Below are positions 26,437 to 38,300 of a stretch of 64,000 nucleotides of DNA, in pieces. The translations under genes were made by a program, and so were the position numbers. Under the pieces are notes generated by a model. The model was not told where the DNA came from and made no database searches. It saw only the letters and a list, made by a program, of their open reading frames with translations. The DNA is taken from assembly GCA_016748015.1 (NCBI GenBank), contig JAAOMT010000436.1, positions 238,703-302,702 of the forward strand, read 5' to 3'. How positions within the stretch are numbered: position 1 is the stretch's first letter; each line of letters starts with the position of its first letter. The stretch is from Geosiphon pyriformis uo1 (taxonomy: Eukaryota > Fungi > Glomeromycota).

Positions 26437-27816
26437 TTATTTTTTCAAATAATGTTTAATTAAAACTATTGGTTCTAAATCTTGTGGAATTTGTTCTGGT
26501 AGAATTAAAGGTAATTGTGTTCCAATTCTGAGTGTTTTTGTTGTTATTACTGGTTTACTGTAATAGAATTTTAGCCAGTTACCATGTGCTGCTTTTTTTA
26601 ATATTTTATCATCTAGTCTTAGCTTGTATGCTCTATTTCCAAGTATTTCGTGAATATAAAATGGTCTATCCCACTTGTGATCAAATTTTCCACTCCACTG
26701 TTTTTCCATTTTTGTATGATGCAACAATACTTTATCTCCAATTTTGTAGCTAATTATATTATCTGGTAACTGGTTATCATGTCTCACTTTTTGTTGTTCT
26801 TGTGATTGTTCAATATTTTGTGCTGCTTTTCTTTTTTTGTTTTCTAAAGTTCCTATTAATTCGTATGTTCTTCTAAGTAGTGTTTCTTGGAATGTTGCTT
26901 CCGTGATAGTGTCACTTGGATAAGTTGGGATAGTAAGTTCAACTGGTAATGTGGCTTTTTTTCCATAAACTAGTTCAAACAGTGTGAATTGTGTAGTATC
27001 TTGTTTTACTGTTCTATATGCTAGTAGTACTGCTGGTATGAACAAATTCCATTCTTTTTCATGTTCGTTACTAATTTTCGCCAGTGATTTGCATAATGTG
27101 CGATTAAATCTTTCAACTAATCCATTTGTTTGAGGGTGGTATGGTGATGACAGTGGTCGCTTGATTCCAAATTTTTGGCTAAGTTCTTTTAAGGTGCTGT
27201 TTATAAAGTGTGTGCCCTAATCTGATAGCAATTCTTGTGGACATCCATGTCGGCAAATTAAGTTTTCATGTACGAATTGAGCTACGGAAATAGCATTAGC
27301 TGTTTTAATAGCTCTAGCTTCTGGCCATTTGGTGAGATAGTCCATGGCTATTGCAATATAACGGTTGTTTCTTGTTGTTATTGGTAAGGGTCCAATTAAA
27401 TCAATTTCGATTCTGTCAAATGGCTGTCCAACTTTTATTGGTCTTAATAATTCCGTTGTTTTTGCTCCTCCTCTTCATTGGTATGGGTCACAATTTCTTA
27501 TGTATTGGATTATGTCTGAACTCATTTTTGGCCAATAGTAATGGCTAGTTGCACGTTGAATGGTTGCTGTTTTTCCAAAGTGGCCTGAATGAATATCTGA
27601 GTGCATGTTAAATAAGATAGTTTCTTTTTCATCCGTGGTTATAACTCTTAATAGATTATCTGGATTTTGTCGATTCCAGTAATAAAGTATGTGATTTTGG
27701 ATGAAATAGTGTTTTGTTAATTTTTGGAGCTTAATTAGCTTTTTTACTGGCATTTTTTCCTCTATTTGTAGTGTTTCCAAGTATTGGCTGAGGTTTTTGT
27801 AAAGGTGGTTGTTCAT
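26437..27816 (-). pseudogene. Gypsy-1 integrase, separate ORF starting MNNHLYKNLSQYL
   Basis: HHCC-derived zinc domain, DYLTKWPEA, YHPQTNGLVERFNRTL and a GPY/F module (WDRPFYIHE). No chromodomain is evident. Confidence 0.9.
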
Positions 27817-29678
27817 TGTTGTTGTGACAGGTGGGTTGGTGATTTTTATGTGTGTCTCATTCTTGACAAACAGTCAGCATTAGCATTTTTGGTACCTTCT
27901 TTGTATTTGATAATATAATCGTATGATGCTAACGTTTGTGACCATCTGGCGTATTTTCCTTTTAGCGCTTTCTTGTTATTTAACCAGACCAGACCTCTAT
28001 GATCTGTCGTAATCTCAAAGGGTTGGTACCATAAATATGTGTCAAAGTGAACACAACTCCAGACTACTGCTAAGCATTTAAGTTCATGTGTTGCGTAGTT
28101 TTGTTCTGCTGTACTGAGACTTCTGCTGGCATAAGTGATTACATGTTCTCTTCTATTATCATCTTTTTGTGACAGAATGGTTCCAAGTCCAGTTCCAGAG
28201 ACATCTGTGGCCAAAATGAATTTCTTGTTGAAATTCGGATAGATTATTATTGGTGATTCAATGAGCTTTTGTCTAAGGTACTCAAAAGCTTTTTGTTGTG
28301 CTTCAGTCCATTCAAACTTCACATTTTTAGATAGTAGGTAATTAAGGGGTTTGGTGATGTTTGAAAAGTTTTCTACAAAGCGGCGGTAGTAAGATGTGAG
28401 TCCTAAAAAGCTTCTAACTTCTAAAACGTTTCGAGGTACTGGAAAATTTTTCACTTTGTCTATTTTTGATGGATCTGGTTTTATTCCATCTTTTTCAACT
28501 ACGTGTTCTAAAAATGCTAGCTCATTTTTCCCAAAGAAACATTTTTCTAGATTTAGTTTAAGTCCAGCGTGTCTTAATCTCTCAAAAACTTGTTGTAAAT
28601 GTTGGAGATGATCTGTGAATTTTGCCGAGAAAACATTTGTATCATCCAAGTAGACAACAACGGATTGCCACAGGATTCCGAAGTAAATTACGTCCATTAG
28701 TCTTTGGAATGTCGCGGGAGCATTTGTTAATCCAAATGGCATTACATTGAACTCATAGTTGCCATTTTGTGTTGTGAATGCTGTTTTATGCCTGTCCTTT
28801 GGGTCCATTTCCACTTGCCAGTACCCACTAGTCAAGTCCAGTGTAGAAAACCATTTTGCTCCTCCAAAAATGTCGAAGATTTCGTCAATTAATGGTATTG
28901 GGTATGAGTCTTTGGTTGTTTTGCTGTTTAGTTTGTGATAGTTGATGCAAAATCTAATTTTTCTGTTCTTTTTCTTTACTAAAACAACTGGTGAGGACTA
29001 TGGGCTCATTGATGGTTGTATTATTCCTTTTTCCAACATGCTTTGGACTTCTTCTTTGATAGAATTATGCTCCATTGGTGGGACACAGTAAGCGCATTGT
29101 TTTTCAGGTCTGGCGTCTCCAGTGGGGATTTGGTGTTGAACCAAGTTGGTTCTTCCAAATTCACCATTTCTTGAAAATATATCAGAGTATTTTAAAATTA
29201 ATGCTTTTAATTGTCACTGTTGGTCAGGATCCATTGTTCTAATGTTTAATTTGGCCAATTCTTCTGGCATAAATTGATATAATTCTAACGGTTGTTGCCA
29301 ATCTATTGAAGTGAGTTTACAGTAGAGGGCAATTTCTGGGAAATTTAGAATTTCTTGTGGTGTTGACACGTTTTCTAGCTCCGTTCCGAGGTATCCAATG
29401 ATGGTATCTTCCAGAATGTAAACGGGTTCTTCTGTGGTGTTTGTGATAGGAATTTTTATCCATTGAGCTTTATCAGCTGGAATAAAAAGGTTAGTAAGTC
29501 TTATGAGAAACTGTTGGCAAGTTTCTGGGTAGGGCTCAAATATTAGGTTTTTTTCTTTAATTGTCCTTTTTATTCTTATTTCTGATTTTTCATATGGTAG
29601 GAGCATGATAGACCGCTCATTTTTAATTACTTCACCTTTTTCCTCTATTGTTTCAGTGAAATTCGCTTCAATTCCTTT

Positions 29679-30080
29679 TCCTGTCGATCCGAAACCAAAA
29701 GTTCCTCTCATTGTTTGTGACAATTCCTCACAATTTTCCACTGGCACAAATTTTCCAATTTTTACCAATGGTAGAAAAATTGCTTGTGCAATCTTTTCCT
29801 TAGATTCAATGATATAAGGCTTTTTTGAATTGTTCTGTAGCAAAACCATCAAATTTCCAGTGTATCCAGAGTCAATTACTCCTCCTTGAATGCTTATTCC
29901 TTTTTTCGCAAGGCTTGATTGCAACACCATTTGAACTATTATTCCTGGCGGAATTTCAACTGCTATTTTTAGGTCGATTTTGGTGATGCTCTTGGGTGGT
30001 AACATTGTGGATTGGTCTTCCAGATAATGTAGATCAAATCCGGCGTCGGTTGAATGGGCTCTTTCGGGTATTATTTCTAA
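29679..30080 (-). pseudogene. dut: dUTPase domain in Gypsy-1 between protease and RT
   Basis: All five trimeric dUTPase motifs: DAGFDL, QSSLAKKG (RSS), GVIDSGYTG, KIAQ and RGTFGFGSTG. Confidence 0.95.
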
Positions 30081-32711
30081 GTGCCCATTGTCAAAGTATC
30101 GGATGTCAGTCACCTGTTCTAGGTCAGTATAGGCTACAAATTTTTCTGACTTGGGACTGTCAGATGAGTCTTGTTGATTTATTGATTGATTTTGAGACTG
30201 CTGATTCTCAATTTCCATTTTTTTTTCTAAGTCCCTTTCGTCTTGACACTCTTCACAGCACTGATTTTGGCACAGGATGAGACAGTTTTCACAGAGATAA
30301 GTGTTGATTTGGGTGAGGTATTGTTCTTGCTCTTGTCGAGTGGGGCATAGTTGTTGGTAGTAGTCCTGGAATTCGTCCACTGGGTCGAACATGTTGTAGC
30401 TGGCAACTTCATCGGCTACTTCAGCTGACTCTTTCCAACGTCGTATTTCTTCAGTGGTTCCTCCTTTTACTTTGGCTTGTGTGGTGTTGTACAACTCGTC
30501 CTCATCGTGTGGGTAGTGCTGTAGTCTTTTTAACGCTGCTTCAAATGGCGTTCCTCCTTTTATCCAGTCACAGATGAGGATCGTGTATTGGCAAGTTGCG
30601 TCACATGTTCCTCCTCTGCCTGGTAAGTTGTTCTAGTCACACCCTCTTGGTAATGGTTTTCCACAAGCGAGACACGGTTCCTCATCTCATTTTCCATGTC
30701 TTTCTGAGTAACTGTATTTTTCTTTGTTACAATGGTTACAATAGTAGTGGGTGGGGTTTCTTGGGTCTTCGTCTGGTGCGCTGCACGCAGTCATAGACGA
30801 GAGTTTCTTCTTGCAAACCAAGCATTCTAGCTTTGGTCTGCGTCGCTGGTGGTTTCTTTGTGAACTTACCTGGTTCCATTCGGATCTTTCTTCACTGGTC
30901 CATGTTGGTACGGCTGGTAGTCCTGTTCTTTGGTCATCAGCCCAAGAGAGCTGATAGGTTTCGATGGCTGGTAGTGCTGGATTTTCCTCAAATTCAAAGG
31001 TAAGTCTTTGGTTGGCACTGGGTTTTTGGAAGTGGCCACAGGTGGCTGGAATTTTGGCCTGGTGGCCATTATAATTGATCAGAAGCTCTTGGGTGGTCCA
31101 GTCTAGGGTGGCATTGGCTTTTGTTAGCCAGTCATTCCCTACTAACGCTTGATATTGTGTAGCATCCATTACTAATATTTTTATAGGTATTATTATGCCG
31201 TTAATTTCGAAAGGGAATGAGTTGATTTCGCCATAAGGCAGCTTTGTACTTCTATCGGCTGTTATAATTTGGGACATCACGACACGATCAACTTTGAAAC
31301 CCAGTTGGTTTACTAGTTGAAGCGTTACGATGCTTCCAGCGGATCCGCTGTTTAAGATAAGTTTGATTGGGATATTGTTTACAGTGGCTTCCATATACAT
31401 AGCAGTGATTGGGCGTTTTTTGTCCAATGCTACTCCACTAAACATAGCCTCGTTTTCCTCTAATTCAAAAGGAAAAATAGCTGCGAGACTGCTATCTTCG
31501 GTGGCAACTGCTGGTGGTATTGTCTGGCTCAATTTGAAAAAATTCTTGGTTCTGTTTATGTTTCTACTGTCATTGTTTCCGATGATCAGATTTTCTGGTA
31601 TATTAAGATAAGTTTGTTGATAATTTTGGTAGTTTGGATTGGTTTGCTGATTGGTTCTGGCGCAGTTTGGATTCCTCTGGACCAACACATTCTGGTTCCA
31701 CATGGGCTGATTTTGGGCCTTGGGACGCCAATTTGGGTTGGCTATCATGGACTGTTGCTGGTAAGCTCCTTGATTTTGATACGTGGTGGGATATTGGTGT
31801 GGTATTGGCGTGTACTGGTTTCTGGGCATTTGGAGTGGTGCATAGTAATTATTTTCACATGCTTCCTGTATCATTCGCGTTCAATATTGACTAATCAAAT
31901 GTCCTACGCATTTGCAAAAATAGCAGGTGCGCGTTTCTGTTCTGAATTCCTGGCGTGACGAGTGATTATTTTGACTGTCACTGACTTCCTGGCTGCGTCT
32001 TTGGGGTGGTTGGTATGTATTTTTTTTTGGATCCGGGATGAGGTAACTTTCTATTTTCTTAGAGAGTTCCTCCTCTAATCAGGTTACTCTTTTCTCTAAT
32101 GTTTCTGTTTTATTTTCCTCCATTACTATGTTAACTATTTGACTATGATTAGCTTCTTTCTCAGCCGATTCAAGGGCTCTGGCGAGCATAACAGCTTCTG
32201 GTAAGGAATTAGGGTGGGCAGGGCATACTCTTCTTAAAATGCTGCTTTTTAATCCTCTAATAAACTGATTTAAAACCTGAGGATTAGTGTAGTATCTTTG
32301 TTCAATTGCTTCAATCTGATGGCGAATTTGATTGAATCGAGCAAGATATTGGGTGACAGTTTCACCAGTATTTTGCTTGATAGTATTGAATTTGTTCTGT
32401 AGTTGGATTACGGCATTTGGGTTGCTAAAATACTCCAGGAGTGCATTTTTAAATTCGGCAAAGCTCGTGGGTTTTGTTTCTAGGCTTTGATACCACGAGT
32501 TGGCTGTGCCTTTCAGGAAGAAAGGTAATGTTTGAATTGCTCTTTGGTCATTCCAGTTATTTGCCTGGATGGCTTTTTGTGTTTCTCTGAGCTATGTGTG
32601 CATGTCCGTTTCTTCTTCCTCTCCTGAGAAATCTGTTAGTCTTGTAATGTATGGTGTGGTTATTTCGTTGCCGTTTTCTGCTAGTGGGTTTATTGGTCTA
32701 AGAGGAGGTGG

Positions 32712-33579
32712 TGTTATGATTTAAAAATTTAGCAAAAAGAATCATAAAAATAATACAAACTATTCAATCATAATATAACACAGTAATAATCTTAGAAAGG
32801 TAATGATTAACATAGTAGCAAACACCATTTCGCAATAGTGGCAAGCACCAGTTCACAATAGCAGCCAACACCAACTGGTGATAGCAGCAAACACCAGGTT
32901 GAAATATCAAAAAAAAAGTATTTTCTTGTAGAACTACAAACATGTATATATACAGTAGTTTTAATATTGGGAAATAAAAAAATCAAGTAATAAAAATCAT
33001 AACTTATCAAGCAACAGATCCAATTTTATCTAATAAACTCCACTTTAAATCATACTTTCAAATTAAATATCCCAAGAAACCTTTAAAAATCAAAAAGAAA
33101 TGAAAAAGAATATTTAAAACAGAACTATCACAACCCAAAGTATTAAGAAACTTACTTGTATTATTTATTGAATGAAACTATCATTCATCAACTGAATCCC
33201 TTGGAAGAATAATTCTTGATCAAAATTATTCACGTTGTTACTAATTGATAAAAGCTTTATTGTGAGAATTAGAAAAGTGCTAAAGACCATTAACATTCTG
33301 TGTTTCTAGATTAGAGAAATACATCAGGCAATTGCAAGGATAGCCTCAGAGAAGACCCCAGACAGTGGGTAGATTTCAGTTCAGCCTCTGAGAAGGAGTA
33401 CATAAACACACACAACAATTAAGAATTAAAGAATAACTTACATCACAACAGTAAAAAGAAAGCCTTCAGTGTAACAGTGACATTATCACACAAATAGAAT
33501 TGAGGAACTCACAAAAGACTGATTGCAATTAAAGTGGGATATCAGCAATTAAATATAACAAGAAAACCATCCCGTAACA
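32712..33579 (+). repeat. Solo LTR of the Gypsy-1 family inserted in opposite orientation within gag
   Basis: Reverse complement of the Gypsy-1 LTR, TG..CA ends, TSD GTGG (32708-32711 / 33580-33583). Confidence 0.93.
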
Positions 33580-34495
33580 GTGGGATGATATTTTTTTGAG
33601 TGTTCCTAAAGGTGGCTTCCCTTATATCCAGTTCTTTCTCTTGATTATGAGTTTCTTGGTTTCTGGACTGGCTGCTTGTTCCAGTGACTGGTCTTGTGAT
33701 TGTTTCTTTGCTGGTCTCTTTTTCGGATTCTGATTCAGACTCCTCTTCATGGTTTTCAAACCCGTTCTAAATTTTGGCTGAAAAAGAGGGTTTTGGAATA
33801 GTGATGAATATCCTCCTGTAATTGGTATGTTTCTCCAGTTACATTGTTTAATTTTATCTGTATAACTAGGAGTTCTTGGTGTTTGTGGAGTTGATGTTGA
33901 TAATGATGCAGCTCCTAATGGAATTTGTATCTTATTTTCTGGTGAAAAATAGTATGATTTATCTTCTGGTGAATAAATACGTTGTTTCTTTATTGATTAA
34001 ATGACAGTTTTCTTTGGCGTTTGAGCTGGTGTTCCTAGTTTTTGCTGGTTACTTTCCTGATTAGTTTCTAAATTTTCTTTGGTTTTGTTGGTGCGTTCTC
34101 TAGTGTTTCCTGTGGATATTGGAAAATTTTCATTGGCGTATTGCTCAATTTCTTGATGGATTTTGACAATAGTTGCGGCTATTACTGCTACTTCTTTTGT
34201 AGTGTATTGTAATAATTCTCTATACAATCTAAGTTTTGTGTCGTGTGGCTCTTCTTCTTTTCCTATATGATAATTTATTCTGGCATTGATATAATAAGTG
34301 AGGGCAGATTCTGCTGGACAACACCCTTCTGGTAATCCAAGATCACTTTGATTTTGTGTGTAAATAGCATGGCAGAATTCAAGAACAGTAAGATTAGAGG
34401 TTTTTGTTGCCACTTTTGTCTTTTTCTTTTTAGCAATGAATTATTGCTAATTATTATTTCCTTTTTGATTTTCTTTTCTCGTAGGGTTTACCAAA

Positions 34496-35353
34496 TATTA
34501 CAGGATAATTTTCTTGTTATATTTAATTGCTGATATCCCATTTTAATTGCAATCAGTTTTTCGTGAGTTCTTCAATTCTATTTGTGTGATAATGTCACTG
34601 TTACACTGAAGGCTTTCTTTTTACTGTTGCGATGTAAGTTATTCTTCGATTGTTGTGTGTGTTTATGTACTCCTTCTTAGAGGCTGAACTAAAATCTACT
34701 CACTGTCTGAGGTCTTCTCTGAGGCTATCTTTGCAATTGCCTGATGTGTTTCTCTAATCTAGAAACACAGAATGTTAATGGTCTTTAGCACTTTTCTAAT
34801 TCTTACAATAAAGCTTTTATCAATTAGTAACAATGTGAATAATCTTGATCAAGGATTATTCTTCCAAGGGATTCAGTTGATGAATGATAGTTTCATTCAA
34901 TAAATAATACAAGTAAGTTTCTTAATACTTTGGGTTGTGATAATTTAGTTTTAAATATTCTTTTTCATTTCTTTTTGATTTAAAGGTTTCTTGGGATATT
35001 TAATTTGAAAGTATGATTTAAAGTAAAGTTTGTTGGATAAAATTGGATCTATTGCTTGATAAGTTATGATTTTTATTACTTGATTGATTATTTCCCAATA
35101 TTAAAACTACTGTATATATATATGTTTGTAGTTCTACAAGAAAATACTTTCTTTTTGATATTTCAACCTGGTGTTTGCTGCTATCACCAGTTGGTGTTGG
35201 CTGCTATTGTGAACTGGTGCTTGCCACTATAGTGAGATGGTGTTTGCTACTATGTTAATCATTACCTTTCTAAGATTATTACTGTGCTATATTATAATTG
35301 AATAGTTTGTATTATTTTTATGATTCTTTTTGCTAAATTCTTAAACCGTAACA
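34496..35353 (-). repeat. Gypsy-1 5' LTR (858 bp)
   Basis: Direct repeat of 25056-25670 with an adjacent PBS at about 34478-34493. Confidence 0.95.
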
Positions 35354-38300
35354 CTGGTTTGATCTTTCAGTTGCTTTTATTAATATGATGGCTCCCGTCT
35401 CTGTTACATTTTCTTCTGTTGGTGGAGTTGTCCCTCAAAATATTCTGGATTCGATTGAATTTGATTTGACTTGTGGTTGTCTGCTTGATGTTAGTTCTGA
35501 TAGTATTTCAGTATTTACTGATGATTCCTTGGCTGGTTTGAGTACTGTTAGCATGCAGGCTGGTGCAGCCGTTTTCTTTGATGGTGTTGATTTGGGTTTG
35601 GATGTTGTAGTTTCTGGTTTGGTGTCTTCTACTATGGTGGAATTGCAGGCTATTGCTTTGGCTCTTGAGTGTGTTCCTCTTTCCAGTTCTATTTATTTGT
35701 TCTCTAACAGTCAGGCAGCTTTGGATGCATGCAGATCTGAGCTGAGTCTAGTGGTTCTGGACTTTCAAAATCAATGCTGATTGAAATGCCATCATATTTC
35801 TAACTTGATTTGTAATAAGAATTTGGATGTCTCTTGGTTTAAAGTCAAAGGACATTTTGGTGTTGTGGATAATAAGTGGGCAGATGCTCTTGCTGTGGCT
35901 GCTTCAACGTCCGACCTTTTTTTTTCTTCATGTTTGACTGAGTCCTATATTTTGGTGGATGGTATAGCCGTTTCTGGAAATTCTAGATATTTTGTTTGTG
36001 ATATTTTCCATTGTGTGCATCATACTAAATGGGAGATTGGCTCTGGTTCTAAAATCTTGGTCTCCAGTTTGCATAAAAACATAGACTGGTGTAGGTCATC
36101 ATTCATGTGGCATCCTGATAAGCACATGGCCACTGATTTCACTGGTAAACGTTCTGCTGGTGCATGTACTTACTTTATGAAAGCTTTACATTATCAGCTG
36201 CCTATGGCTGTTCATAAATGCCTTTATAGTAGGTCTTATCCCAGCATTTTGTGCCTGTTTTGTGGTGGAGTCAAATTTTCTGATCATATTTTCTCATGTG
36301 GCTTTGATACTGCTATTCACGCCCAGCTGTTGGACACATACGCAGCTATCTGGGGAGCCCTCCCTGGTTTATCTCAGTCATTGTCCCGGCTTATACAACT
36401 TATGCTCTCTTGTGCCTCTGATGCCTTAGTGTGTTCGGCGTTTTGTAAGGGTTTTATGTTCAAACTTTTGTTTTCAGGAAGTGGTTTCAGTTTTTGAAAA
36501 CTCCAAAATTGCTTGTTGTAAGATGGTGGAATTTGTAAGAAATTTCTGTCTTGCTTTTAGAGACGAGGTGTGGTTGGTTTGTGTGAGTCACTGCACTTTG
36601 ATGGAGAAGTGTGGCCTGATTCCTGGTAATGGTTTGATTCCTAATCTGGTGCATGGCCTTCCTTTGGTTTTTTCTGCTGGGGTGATAAAACTGTTGGGTA
36701 TTGTGGAGGCTTTTGGCATTTACTTTGGCTTTCGCACATTCTGTTTATTTTTTTCAGGCATTGGGGATTCTGTATTAGTTGTTATAAATGTTTAGTGTTG
36801 TTCTGATTGGCCTGAGTGGCTGGTCATGTGTAAAAAATGCATGATTCACACCTAGTTTAGATCTCTTATGATGTATTGTTTTAGGTAGTGTTTGGACTTC
36901 ACTCATTAAACAAATAAAAATAAAATAAAAAGTGATTTAATTTTAAGAAAATAACAGTTTTTTTTTGGCTTATATAATTTTTATTATAATAATATGTTTT
37001 TTTCTTTCTTTTAAACATTTTTTGAAAAAAAGATAAATTAATTCTAAAATTGTTAATACTTAAATAGTAATTTCTATTAAAAAATTCTTTATTTTAAATA
37101 TTAATTTTTTAGTAGTTAAAAGTAAATTAACAATGACCAAAGTACAAGTTATCAGAAAAATTTTCTCAAATATGAATGGTTTTAAAAAGTCATTATTTTC
37201 TTAAAATTTAAAGAAATTATCTAATTTATATATTTAAAAAAATTCCAAAACAAGTAGTTTAATTGATTAGTAAGAATAAAATTATAATAAATAATATTAT
37301 AAAATAATTTTTTTTGTATATTAAATATTAATATTTTGTTTTAATTACAATCAATTTTTTATGAATTCCTTGATTTTATTTGTGTAATAATATTAATATT
37401 ATACTAAAAACTATTTTTTTAATATTGTAATATAAGTTATTTCTTAATTTTTAATTGTCATATATATTTATATATATTTTTCTAAAAACTGAATTAAAAT
37501 TTACTTATTGTTTTGGAATTTTTTTTGAAGCTATCTTTGTAATTAACTAATGTGTTTTTTTAATTTAAAAATATAAAATGTTAATATTCATTAATATATT
37601 TTTTTAATTTTTATAATAAAGCTTCTATTTTTTTTTTAACGTTTTACAAGTGAGATCTAAACACTACCTAATACAATACATCATACAAATAATCTAAACT
37701 AGGTGTCAATTATGTTTTTTCTATATGTGATCAGTCACTTAAGCTAATCAGAACAACACTAAGCACCTATATATACTAAAATTGAGTTTTCAATATCCGA
37801 AAAAAATAAACAAGATCTACACAAACTAAAACCAATACCAAGCACTTTAACAATGCCAAGTAATTTAACTATATTAGTAAAAAACATTGAAGACAATCCA
37901 AAAACCAAAACTAATATTGAATCATTATATGGTATTAACTCATTTTTTTCTATAAAGACATGATGTTTAACTTGAACTAATCAAACCTTATTTCTAAAAA
38001 CAAGACAGAAGTTTTGCACAAAATCTACAATTTTTTGATATGCGACTACAAAACTCTTAAAGACAGAAACAGTCTTCTAAAACCAATTACTAAGGACAAA
38101 ACTCTTATAAAAAGCTGTATATACTACAGCATCTAAAGCATAGGATTTCATCAACTAAAACACACATAAAAAAGAATAAAAATAATCAGAAAGCACTCTC
38201 TAAGTATTTGCATATATGTTGTTACTGGAGGTTTTTGGTCTCTTTTCTGTAATGTTGTTGATACTTATTTGCTGTGAATTCACGTTTTCAGGAAGTAGTT

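Larger units (their letters stand above)
27846..34413 (-). pseudogene. Gypsy-1 gag-PR-Cys-rich-dUTPase-RT-RNaseH polyprotein (single frame from the knuckle to RNase H, interrupted by solo LTR)
   Basis: Capsid (WYQSL, QFIRGL), knuckle CYFCKCVGH, protease LILNSGSAGS, dUTPase, RT (MPFGLTNAPATFQR, YLDD) and RNase H (LATDVSG, NANADCLSR). ORF starts 31874, 30494 and 28835 share one frame. Confidence 0.92.
25056..35353 (-). mobile_element. Gypsy-1: Ty3/Gypsy LTR retrotransposon with dUTPase, separate integrase ORF and ORF3
   Basis: LTRs 34496-35353 (5') and 25056-25670 (3'), TSD CTGG, PBS TGGTAAACCCTACGAG next to the 5' LTR, PPT at 25671-25686. Domain order PR-RT-RH-IN. Confidence 0.95.
19883..36928 (+). 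mobile_element. LINE B: full-length, interrupted by Gypsy-1 (LINE parts 19883-25055 and 35354-36928)
   Basis: ORF1 20038-21836; ORF2 from 21833 with APE and RT (FVDD), resuming after 35357 with RNase H and CCHC to 36795. (AAAAT)n tail; candidate TSD AAAGTGATTTAA at 19871-19882 and 36929-36940. Confidence 0.92.

Noticed and set aside
29214-30494. Host DUT1 gene
   Set aside because: Intronless, in frame within the retroelement polyprotein, and repeated in other elements.
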